Below are positions 53,301-64,000 of a stretch of 64,000 bases of DNA, one piece after another. The position numbers and the translations under genes were made by a program. How positions within the stretch are numbered: the first letter of the stretch is position 1; each line of letters opens with the position of its first letter. A model generated the notes under the pieces. The model did not search any database and was not told the origin of the DNA. It worked only from the letters and a program-made list of their open reading frames with translations. Source of the DNA: Amoebidium appalachense (lineage: Eukaryota > Protista > Ichthyosporea); assembly GCA_963693365.1 (NCBI GenBank), contig CAVNZM010000004.1, positions 8,159,093 to 8,223,092 on the forward strand. The letters run 5' to 3'.

Positions 53301-56300
53301 CTTCATCAATCTTGCTACTGGTTCTGTAACCATCAGAGTCGACAACGGCACCCTCCCGGTGGACTCCGTCCTTACACACGACTATGATGGGGTTGCCGAT
53401 GGGCAGACATCATTTGCCCTCATGGATGGGTCCGAGAAGTTGGACATCAAGTTCGGCTATGCCTCCAAGGATGCACTGGCAAAGGGTACGGTCGAGGTGG
53501 TGGTCGTCAGAGACGTCAATCGTGATGCTGCCTATGACAACACCACGGACATACTCATTTCGTCGGCAGTCGTCTCCCTGCAAGTGGCCGGAGCAAATGG
53601 CGTTTGGACCACCGTGCGCAATGGCACCACTGATGCGTTGGGCCGTGTTCAGTTTACTGAGCTCGAGCCAGGCACTTATCGGGTTGTGCTCGATAATACC
53701 ACAACTGGCGACGCTAAGATCAACGTGTTTGATGGAGACAAGGTGGTTGACGGCGCATCATACTTCAACATCACCAAGGCTGAGAGGTACTCAGTCGTCA
53801 TGGGGGTGCGTGTGCCCTATCCAGGTACCGTTGCTGGTCTTCTCTTCAACGACACTGACAAGAACCTGGTGAAGGACCCAAGTGACCAGCCCTTGGCCAA
53901 CGTCACTGTGCAGCTGGTTGACCCTGCCGGCAATGTCATTGCAACAACCACCACTGATGCCAACGGCAATTATGTGTTCACCGACATCCCAGAAGGCGAA
54001 TACTCTGTGCGGGTAGTGCCCGCTACCTTGCCACCAACCAGCGTCCCGGCTATCATCACCAATGGGGCTAAGCCTGCTAAGGTCGATCCTCTGGGCTTTA
54101 ACGAGGTGCATCTCACGGTGGGTGCTGATGCTACGGCCAACCACATTGTCAACATAACGGGCTTTGTTTTTGAGGATGTTGACAAAGACGGCACGTTAGA
54201 CGTCACTGACAAACCGATCACCAACACTAAGGTGGTGCTGTTGAGCACAGGTGGTGTCCAAATTGCCACCACCAACACTGACCCGTTTGGTCGGTTTTTC
54301 TTTGATGTTGCAACTCCTGGCACCTACACAGTGCAGGTTGTTAGCAACACCCTGCCATCGGCTCTGAATGTGGTGAGCTATGACCCAGACACCAAGCTGG
54401 ATGGTTCAAGCCAGGTAGTTGTTTCGGGCACGACACCATCGTCGTGGTTGTATTTCGGCTACCATCAGACCACAAACACCTTTGTCATCACATTGGTGAA
54501 TGACACAAACACAAATGGTGTCAAAGACCAGACAGACCCTCCCTTGGCCAACGTAACCATTCAAATTGTTGATCAGAACGGGAATGTCGTAGCCAATGCA
54601 ACAACGGACTCAACGGGCAAGGTTGTTATCCCTAATCTCCCATCTAGCAACTACACGGCTATCATTCCTGCATTGCCCACCAACAGTAAGCCCATTGCCA
54701 CCGCACCAACCACAGCAGGAAACACGACCGAATACCCTATTGGTCCTGATGGCACCATTGGAACGGTCGTGTGCAACACCACTACATGTGCCCTGCCTCC
54801 CCCCACCATTGCAGCTTCCGGAAACAGTGGCACTGGAGAGCCCCTGATAGGCCGCATCGGCAACGACATCAATGGTGACGGTTCCATAGGCCCGAACGAG
54901 GGTCTAGGTGGTGTAGTCGTCCAGTTAGTTGACCCGACCGGCAAGGTGATTGCTGAAACAACCACACTGCCAAACGGCACATTCGTGTTCCCGGATGTCC
55001 CCTCAGGTAACTACACCTTTGCGGTTAAACCCGATGGTATACCTAGCAACACAACCCGGCCAGTGGTGGAGCTTCCTGCTGCGGGGAACACAACTGCTAC
55101 GACAGGAATTCCAGCCAATGGAAATGTCCCAGGAACCATCGGATGTCCCGCAAACCAGACCTGCTTGTACACACCAGTGGCGCCACTACCCAAGCTCAAT
55201 GTTACTGGCGAGATCTTCAGTGATTCCGACAAGGATGGCGTGCGTGATCTGACGGAGCCCGGCCTTGGCAACGTGACGGTGCAGCTGTTGGATTCCACCG
55301 GCAAGGTTGTCGGCCAAACACAGACATTGTCCAACGGGTCGTTTGCCTTCCCCGATGTGCCTGTAGGTAACTACAGCATTCGTGTTGTCCCCGAGACACT
55401 GCCCAGCGGTGCGCAGACCCCGTCTGCTTACCTGCCCGGCGAGGGTGGGAACAAGACGGTTGTTCCGGTTGAGCCCAATGGCGCCATTTTGGGCAGCGAG
55501 GTGTGCACGGAGGCATCTGGCTGCCTGTACGTCCCGCCACCAGTGCCACCGACCCCTGTTGTTGGGTCCATCATTGGCGGTCTGCTGAACGATACCAACG
55601 GCGACGGTCTGAAGGACGCCAACGACACCGGCCTGGGCAATGTCACTGTTCAGCTTGTGGCCCCCAACGGCACGGTAGTTGCCGAGGTGCAGACGCTGCC
55701 CAACGGCGCATTCATCATCCCGCCGATCAACTGCGTGGACTGCACCATCCGGGTGGTTCCCGAGACGCTGCCCAACAACACCAACCCCATTGCCGAGGTG
55801 CCTCTTGGTAATGGCACTGGCATTGTGGGTGTGCCTCCCAATGGCACGCTGCCTGTTGATGTTGACTGCAACGGCACTGCCTGCACGTTCACTTCAGCGA
55901 CTCCGCCGTCGCTGCCAGATATCTCCGGCGCGATCTTCAATGACGCCAACAAGGATGGAGTGCGCGACCCCACGGACCCTGTCCTGGGCAACGTGACTGT
56001 GCAGCTTGTGGACGCCAATGGCACGGTTGTTGGCGAGACACAGACACTGCCCAACGGCACGTTTGTGTTCCCCGACGTGCCTCCTGGCAACTACAGCATC
56101 CGTGTGGTGCCGGAGACGCTGCCCAGCAATGCGCAGGCCCCGTCAGCCAACCTGCCCAGTGATGGTGGCAACAGCACGGTGGTTCCCATTCAGCCGAGCG
56201 GCGCCATCTCGGGAACTGAGGTTTGCACTGAGGCGTCTGGCTGCCTGTACGTCCCGGCGCCAGTGCCATCAACCCCTGTTGTTGGGCCCATCATTGGCGG

Positions 56301-59300
56301 TCTGCTGAACGATACCAACGGCGACGGTCTGAAGGACGCCAACGACACCGGCCTGGGCAACGTCACTGTTCAGCTGGTGGCTCCCAACGGCACGGTGGTT
56401 GCCGAGGTGCAGACGCAGCCCAACGGCGCGTTCATCATCCCGCCGATCAACTGCGCGGACTGCACCATCCGGGTTGTTCCCGAGACGCTGCCCAACAACA
56501 CCAACCCCATTGCCGAGGTGCCTTTTGGCAATGGCACTGGCATTGTGGATGTGCCTTCCAATGGCACGCTGCCTGTTGATGTTGACTGCAACGGCACTGC
56601 CTGCACGTCCACCCCAGTGACTCCGCCGTCGCTGCCAGATATCACCGGCGCGATCTTCAATGACGCCAACAAGGATGGAGTGCGCGACCCCACGGACCCT
56701 GTCCTGGGCAACGTGACTGTGCAGCTGGTGGACGCCAATGGCACGGTTGTTGGCGAGACACAGACACTGCCCAACGGCACGTTTGTGTTCCCCGACGTGC
56801 CTCCTGGCAACTACAGCATCCGTGTGGTGCCGGAGACGCTGCCCAGCAATGCGCAGGCCCCGTCAGCCAACCTGCCCAGTGATGGTGGCAACAGCACGGT
56901 GGTTCCCATTCAGCCGAGCGGCGCCATCTCGGGAACTGAGGTTTGCACTGAGGCGTCTGGCTGCCTGTACGTCCCGGCGCCAGTGCCATCAACCCCTGTT
57001 GTTGGGCCCATCATTGGCGGTCTGCTGAACGATACCAACGGCGACGGTCTGAAGGACGCCAACGACACCGGCCTGGGCAACGTCACTGTTCAGCTGGTGG
57101 CTCCCAACGGCACGGTGGTTGCCGAGGTGCAGACGCAGCCCAACGGCGCGTTCATCATCCCGCCGATCAACTGCGCGGACTGCACCATCCGGGTTGTTCC
57201 CGAGACGCTGCCCAACAACACCAACCCCATTGCCGAGGTGCCTTTTGGCAATGGCACTGGCATTGTGGATGTGCCTTCCAATGGCACGCTGCCTGTTGAT
57301 GTTGACTGCAACGGCACTGCCTGCACGTCCACCCCAGTGACTCCGCCGTCGCTGCCAGATATCACCGGCGCGATCTTCAATGACGCCAACAAGGATGGAG
57401 TGCGCGACCCCACGGACCCTGTCCTGGGCAACGTGACTGTGCAGCTGGTGGACGCCAATGGCACGGTTGTTGGCGAGACACAGACACTGCCCAACGGCAC
57501 GTTTGTGTTCCCCGACATGCCCCCTGGCAACTACAGCGTCCGTGTGGTGCCGGAGACGCTGCCCAGCAATGCGCAGGCCCCGTCAGCCAACCTGCCCAGT
57601 GATGGTGGCAACAGCACGGTGGTTCCCATTCAGCCCAGCGGCGCCATCTCGGGAACTGAGGTTTGCACTGAGGCGTCTGGCTGCCTGTACGTCCCGGCGC
57701 CAGTGCCATCAACCCCTGTTGTTGGGCCCATCATTGGCGGTCTGCTGAACGATACCAACGGCGACGGTCTGAAGGACGCCAACGACACCGGCCTGGGCAA
57801 CGTCACTGTTCAGCTGGTGGCCCCCAACGGCACGGTGGTTGCCGAAGTGCAGACGCAGCCCAACGGCGCGTTCATCATCCCGCCGATCAACTGCGCGGAC
57901 TGCACCATCCGGGTTGTTCCCGAGACGCTGCCCAACAACACCAACCCCATTGCCGAGGTGCCTTTTGGCAATGGCACTGGCATTGTGGATGTGCCTCCCA
58001 ATGGCACGCTGCCTGTTGATGTGGACTGCAACGGCACTGCCTGCACGTCCACTCCAGCGACTCCGCCCTCGCTGCCAGATATCACCGGCGCGATCTTCAA
58101 TGACGCCAACAAGGATGGAGTGCGCGACCCCACGGACCCTGTCCTGGGCAACGTGACTGTGCAGCTGGTGGACGCCAATGGCACGGTTGTTGGCGAGACA
58201 CAGACACTGCCCAACGGCACGTTTGTGTTCCCCGACATGCCCCCTGGCAACTACAGCGTCCGTGTGGTGCCGGAGACGCTGCCCAGCAATGCGCAGGCCC
58301 CGTCAGCCAACCTGCCCAGTGATGGTGGCAACAGCACGGTGGTTCCCATTCAGCCCAGCGGCGCCATCTCGGGAACTGAGGTTTGCACTGAGGCGTCTGG
58401 CTGCCTGTACGTCCCGGCGCCAGTGCCATCAACCCCTGTTGTTGGGCCCATCATTGGCGGTCTGCTGAACGATACCAACGGCGACGGTCTGAAGGACGCC
58501 AACGACACCGGCCTGGGCAACGTCACTGTTCAGCTGGTGGCTCCCAACGGCACGGTGGTTGCCGAGGTGCAGACGCAGCCCAACGGCGCGTTCATCATCC
58601 CGCCGATCAACTGCGCGGACTGCACCATCCGGGTTGTTCCCGAGACGCTGCCCAACAACACCAACCCCATTGCCGAGGTGCCTTTTGGCAATGGCACTGG
58701 CATTGTGGATGTGCCTTCCAATGGCACGCTGCCTGTTGATGTTGACTGCAACGGCACTGCCTGCACGTCCACCCCAGTGACTCCGCCGTCGCTGCCAGAT
58801 ATCACCGGCGCGATCTTCAATGACGCCAACAAGGATGGAGTGCGCGACCCCACGGACCCTGTCCTGGGCAACGTGACTGTGCAGCTGGTGGACGCCAATG
58901 GCACGGTTGTTGGCGAGACACAGACACTGCCCAACGGCACGTTTGTGTTCCCCGACATGCCCCCTGGCAACTACAGCGTCCGTGTGGTGCCGGAGACGCT
59001 GCCCAGCAATGCGCAGGCCCCGTCAGCCAACCTGCCCAGTGATGGTGGCAACAGCACGGTGGTTCCCATTCAGCCCAGCGGCGCCATCTCGGGAACTGAG
59101 GTTTGCACTGAGGCGTCTGGCTGCCTGTACGTCCCGGCGCCAGTGCCATCAACCCCTGTTGTTGGGCCCATCATTGGCGGTCTGCTGAACGATACCAACG
59201 GCGACGGTCTGAAGGACGCCAACGACACCGGCCTGGGCAACGTCACTGTTCAGCTGGTGGCCCCCAACGGCACGGTGGTTGCCGAGGTGCAGACGCAGCC

Positions 59301-62300
59301 CAACGGCGCGTTCATCATCCCGCCGATCAACTGCACGGACTGCACCATCCGGGTTGTTCCCGAGACGCTGCCCAACAACACCAACCCCATTGCCGAGGTG
59401 CCTTTTGGCAATGGCACTGGCATTGTGGATGTGCCTCCCAATGGCACGCTGCCTGTTGATGTGGACTGCAACGGCACTGCCTGCACGTCCACTCCAGCGA
59501 CTCCGCCCTCGCTGCCAGATATCACCGGCGCGATCTTCAATGACGCCAACAAGGATGGAGTGCGCGACCCCACGGACCCTGTCCTGGGCAACGTGACTGT
59601 GCAGCTGGTGGACGCCAATGGCACGGTTGTTGGCGAGACACAGACACTGCCCAACGGCACGTTTGTGTTCCCCGACATGCCCCCTGGCAACTACAGCGTC
59701 CGTGTGGTGCCGGAGACGCTGCCCAGCAATGCGCAGGCCCCGTCAGCCAACCTGCCCAGTGATGGTGGCAACAGCACGGTGGTTCCCATTCAGCCCAGCG
59801 GCGCCATCTCGGGAACTGAGGTTTGCACTGAGGCGTCTGGCTGCCTGTACGTCCCGGCGCCAGTGCCATCAACCCCTGTTGTTGGGCCCATCATTGGCGG
59901 TCTGCTGAACGATACCAACGGCGACGGTCTGAAGGACGCCAACGACACCGGCCTGGGCAACGTCACTGTTCAGCTGGTGGCTCCCAACGGCACGGTGGTT
60001 GCCGAGGTGCAGACGCAGCCCAACGGCGCGTTCATCATCCCGCCGATCAACTGCGCGGACTGCACCATCCGGGTTGTTCCCGAGACGCTGCCCAACAACA
60101 CCAACCCCATTGCCGAGGTGCCTTTTGGCAATGGCACTGGCATTGTGGATGTGCCTCCCAATGGCACGCTGCCTGTTGATGTTGACTGCAACGGCACTGC
60201 CTGCACGTCCACTCCAGTGACTCCGCCGTCGCTGCCAGATATCACCGGCGCGATCTTCAATGACGCCAACAAGGATGGAGTGCGCGACCCCACGGACCCT
60301 GTCCTGGGCAACGTGACTGTGCAGCTGGTGGACGCCAATGGCACGGTTGTTGGCGAGACACAGACACTGCCCAACGGCACGTTTGTGTTCCCCGATGTGC
60401 CCCCTGGCAACTACAGCGTCCGTGTGGTGCCGGAGACGCTGCCCAGCAATGCGCAGGCCCCGTCAGCCAACCTGCCCAGTGATGGTGGCAACAGCACGGT
60501 GGTTCCCATTCAGCCCAGCGGCGCCATCTCGGGAACAGAGGTTTGCACTGAGGCGTCTGGCTGCCTGTACGTCCCGGCGCCAGTGCCATCAACCCCTGTT
60601 GTTGGGCCCATCATTGGCGGTCTGCTGAACGATACCAACGGTGACGGGCTGAAGGACGCCAACGACACCGGCCTGGGCAACGTCACTGTTCAGCTGGTGG
60701 CCCCCAACGGCACGGTGGTTGCCGAGGTGCAGACACAGCCCAATGGCGCGTTCATCATCCCGCCGATCAACTGCACGGACTGCACCATCCGGGTTGTTCC
60801 CGAGACGCTGCCCAACAACACCAACCCCATTGCCGAGATGCCTCTTGGCAATGTCACTGGCATTGTGGATGTGCCTCCCAATGGCACGCTGCCTGTTGAT
60901 GTTGACTGCAACGGCACTGCCTGCACGTTCACTCCAGCGACTCCGCCGTCGCTGCCAGATATCTCCGGCGCGATCTTCAATGACGCCAACAAGGATGGAG
61001 TGCGCGACCCCACGGACCCTGTCCTGGGCAACGTGACTGTGCAGCTTGTGGACGCCAATGGCACGGTTGTTGGCGAGACACAGACACTGCCCAACGGCAC
61101 GTTTGTGTTCCCCGACGTGCCCCCTGGCAACTACAGCGTCCGTGTGGTGCCGGAGACGCTGCCCAGCAATGCGCAGGCCCCGTCAGCCAACCTGCCCAGT
61201 GATGGTGGCAACAGCACGGTGGTTCCCATTCAGCCGAGCGGCGCCATCTCGGGAACTGAGGTTTGCACTGAGGCGTCTGGCTGCCTGTACGTCCCGGCGC
61301 CAGTGCCATCAACCCCTGTTGTTGGGCCCATCATTGGCGGTCTGCTGAACGATACCAACGGCGACGGTCTGAAGGACGCCAACGACACCGGCCTGGGCAA
61401 CGTCACTGTTCAGCTGGTGGCTCCCAACGGCACGGTGGTTGCCGAGGTGCAGACGCAGCCCAACGGCGCGTTCATCATCCCGCCGATCAACTGCGCGGAC
61501 TGCACCATCCGGGTTGTTCCCGAGACGCTGCCCAACAACACCAACCCCATTGCCGAGGTGCCTTTTGGCAATGGCACTGGCATTGTGGATGTGCCTTCCA
61601 ATGGCACGCTGCCTGTTGATGTTGACTGCAACGGCACTGCCTGCACGTCCACCCCAGTGACTCCGCCGTCGCTGCCAGATATCACCGGCGCGATCTTCAA
61701 TGACGCCAACAAGGATGGAGTGCGCGACCCCACGGACCCTGTCCTGGGCAACGTGACTGTGCAGCTGGTGGACGCCAATGGCACGGTTGTTGGCGAGACA
61801 CAGACACTGCCCAACGGCACGTTTGTGTTCCCCGACCTGCCCCCTGGCAACTACAGCATCCGTGTGGTGCCGGAGACGCTGCCCAGCAATGCGCAGGCCC
61901 CGTCAGCCAACCTGCCCAGTGATGGTGGCAACAGCACGGTGGTTCCCATTCAGCCGAGCGGCGCCATCTCGGGAACTGAGGTTTGCACTGAGGCGTCTGG
62001 CTGCCTGTACGTCCCGGCGCCAGTGCCATCAACCCCTGTTGTTGGGCCCATCATTGGCGGTCTGCTGAACGATACCAACGGCGACGGTCTGAAGGACGCC
62101 AACGACACCGGCCTGGGCAACGTCACTGTTCAGCTGGTGGCTCCCAACGGCACGGTGGTTGCCGAGGTGCAGACGCAGCCCAACGGCGCGTTCATCATCC
62201 CGCCGATCAACTGCACGGACTGCACCATCCGGGTTGTTCCCGAGACGCTGCCCAACAACACCAACCCCATTGCCGAGGTGCCTTTTGGCAATGGCACTGG

Positions 62301-64000
62301 CATTGTGGATGTGCCTTCCAATGGCACGCTGCCTGTTGATGTTGACTGCAACGGCACTGCCTGCACGTCCACCCCAGTGACTCCGCCGTCGCTGCCAGAT
62401 ATCTCCGGCGCGATCTTCAATGACGCCAACAAGGATGGAGTGCGCGACCCCACGGACCCTGTCCTGGGCAACGTGACTGTGCAGCTTGTGGACGCCAATG
62501 GCACGGTTGTTGGCGAGACACAGACACTGCCCAACGGCACGTTTGTGTTCCCCGACGTGCCTCCTGGCAACTACAGCGTCCGTGTGGTGCCGGAGACGCT
62601 GCCCAGCAATGCGCAGGCCCCGTCAGCCAACCTGCCCAGTGATGGTGGCAACAGCACGGTGGTTCCCATTCAGCCGAGCGGCGCCATCTCGGGAACTGAG
62701 GTTTGCACTGAGGCGTCTGGCTGCCTGTACGTCCCGGCGCCAGTGCCATCAACCCCTGTTGTTGGGCCCATCATTGGCGGTCTGCTGAACGATACCAACG
62801 GCGACGGTCTGAAGGACGCCAACGACACCGGCCTGGGCAACGTCACTGTTCAGCTGGTGGCTCCCAACGGCACGGTGGTTGCCGAGGTGCAGACGCAGCC
62901 CAACGGCGCGTTCATCATCCCGCCGATCAACTGCGCGGACTGCACCATCCGGGTTGTTCCCGAGACGCTGCCCAACAACACCAACCCCATTGCCGAGGTG
63001 CCTTTTGGCAATGGCACTGGCATTGTGGATGTGCCTTCCAATGGCACGCTGCCTGTTGATGTTGACTGCAACGGCACTGCCTGCACGTCCACCCCAGTGA
63101 CTCCGCCGTCGCTGCCAGATATCACCGGCGCGATCTTCAATGACGCCAACAAGGATGGAGTGCGCGACCCCACGGACCCTGTCCTGGGCAACGTGACTGT
63201 GCAGCTGGTGGACGCCAATGGCACGGTTGTTGGCGAGACACAGACACTGCCCAACGGCACGTTTGTGTTCCCCGACCTGCCTCCTGGCAACTACAGCATC
63301 CGTGTGGTGCCGGAGACGCTGCCCAGCAATGCGCAGGCCCCGTCAGCCAACCTGCCCAGTGATGGTGGCAACAGCACGGTGGTTCCCATTCAGCCGAGCG
63401 GCGCCATCTCGGGAACTGAGGTTTGCACTGAGGCGTCTGGCTGCCTGTACGTCCCGGCGCCAGTGCCATCAACCCCTGTTGTTGGGCCCATCATTGGCGG
63501 TCTGCTGAACGATACCAACGGCGACGGTCTGAAGGACGCCAACGACACCGGCCTGGGCAACGTCACTGTTCAGCTGGTGGCTCCCAACGGCACGGTGGTT
63601 GCCGAGGTGCAGACGCAGCCCAACGGCGCGTTCATCATCCCGCCGATCAACTGCGCGGACTGCACCATCCGGGTTGTTCCCGAGACGCTGCCCAACAACA
63701 CCAACCCCATTGCCGAGGTGCCTTTTGGCAATGGCACTGGCATTGTGGATGTGCCTTCCAATGGCACGCTGCCTGTTGATGTTGACTGCAACGGCACTGC
63801 CTGCACGTCCACCCCAGTGACTCCGCCGTCGCTGCCAGATATCTCCGGCGCGATCTTCAATGACGCCAACAAGGATGGAGTGCGCGACCCCACGGACCCT
63901 GTCCTGGGCAACGTGACTGTGCAGCTTGTGGACGCCAATGGCACGGTTGTTGGCGAGACACAGACACTGCCCAACGGCACGTTTGTGTTCCCCGACGTGC
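37207..64000 (+). CDS. Giant secreted modular adhesin-like protein (>=6,490 aa, 3'-incomplete). Predicted exons: 37207-37394, 37870-37914 (least certain), 38081-38247, 42159-42710, 43530-45026, 45499-45849, 46933-47331, 47723->64000
   Basis: Signal peptide MVCLVGLVLALWLGLAQA; all junctions GT..AG with matching phases; ricin-B-like CL..LTLGPC repeats, PAN/Apple (C-x3-C-x5-C-x2-F) and TSP1 (WSxWSxCSxTCGGG.R.RxC) modules, then SdrD-B-like repeats; GC3-rich codons. Confidence 0.85.
39414..39490. repeat. (CCTG)n tetranucleotide microsatellite, intronic
   Basis: Direct reading. Confidence 0.95.
39938..40044. repeat. (GT)n microsatellite, intronic
   Basis: Direct reading. Confidence 0.95.
40991..42017 (+). 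repeat. Cluster of four copies of a ~280-nt structured intronic element (40991-41268 full, 41284-41358 and 41375-41564 5'-truncated, 41735-42017 full)
   Basis: Near-identical sequence; common 3' end CGCATTC(A)n (CGCATTG in the first copy) followed by a C-run. Confidence 0.9.
42159..47331 (+). CDS. Exons 4-7: end of ricin-like region plus seven alternating PAN/Apple-TSP1 module pairs
   Basis: Visible in ORFs 42101..42919, 43517..45274, 45474..46031 and 46848..47558, e.g. QQCMKDCLYNPNCNAFMW followed by DGGWSQWSACSRTCGGGQRTRKC. Confidence 0.9.
42855..43103 (+). repeat. Diverged full copy of the structured intronic element
   Basis: Shares GCATAAGCAACCCTGCTCGTCT, GGTCGAAACTC, CCCTGAGGATGGGCTCTGCTTAT, GTACTTCGTAC and the 3' end CGCATTCAAAA+C-run. 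Confidence 0.88.
45991..46180 (+). repeat. 5'-truncated copy of the structured intronic element
   Basis: Matches 41827-42015; C-runs on both sides. Confidence 0.9.
46321..46494 (+). repeat. Two copies of a ~73-bp intronic module separated and flanked by poly-C
   Basis: CTTGCTTTTCAAACAATCT...TCAACAGAT at ~46321-46393 and ~46420-46494. Confidence 0.85.
47723..64000 (+). CDS. Exon 8 (>=16,278 bp, open): about 46 SdrD-B-like/Cna-B-type domains with one Ca-binding EGF (~48040-48160)
   Basis: Translation starts AEIGELVYFDVNGNGVKDVGEVGIGGAKVVLKDVNGQVVVSTTTNSNGVYRFYALPAGTYTV...VDFGY, and the motif recurs every ~105-120 aa; EGF DIKDCTTGSVTCPAQAMCVNSAGGYVCACNTGY. Absent from the ORF track, consistent with no stop in the window. 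Confidence 0.92.
55561..64000 (+). repeat. Coding tandem array, 720-bp unit (240 aa, two SdrD-B-like domains), >=11.7 copies; more diverged precursors from ~54480
   Basis: Units start at 55561, 56281, 57001 ... 63481 and differ only by scattered substitutions. Confidence 0.98.

Noticed and set aside
55561-64000. Regular array as CRISPR, or the many 70-146 aa ORFs listed there as genes
   Set aside because: Units are contiguous 720-bp coding repeats without spacers; the listed ORFs are shadow frames of the single open + frame.

Overview
Eukaryotic genomic DNA (spliceosomal introns, LTR/LINE/Helitron elements); the organism cannot be fixed from the sequence. Bases 1-35.3 kb are a nested transposon cluster. 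A decayed minus-strand Ty3/gypsy element (B) is interrupted by a 5'-truncated APE+RT LINE, a non-autonomous copia element (A), a non-autonomous gypsy element (D), a solo LTR and a non-autonomous LTR element (C). C itself carries a full-length copia element (F) and a solo LTR. A Helitron remnant and a full-length chromodomain gypsy element (E) follow. From 37.2 kb to the window end lies one giant secreted-protein gene (>=6,490 aa, 3' end outside the window): signal peptide, ricin-B-like region, seven PAN/Apple+TSP1 pairs, one Ca-binding EGF and about 46 SdrD-B-like (bacterial adhesin-type) domains in a single open exon of >=16.3 kb, ending in a near-perfect 720-bp tandem array. Its introns hold six copies of a ~280-nt element that ends at poly-C tracts and shows compensatory base-pairing, including a candidate pseudoknot. 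This element and the giant protein are the most novel-looking signals. Frameshifts at homopolymer runs may be sequencing errors. All domain calls are by motif recognition, not database search.
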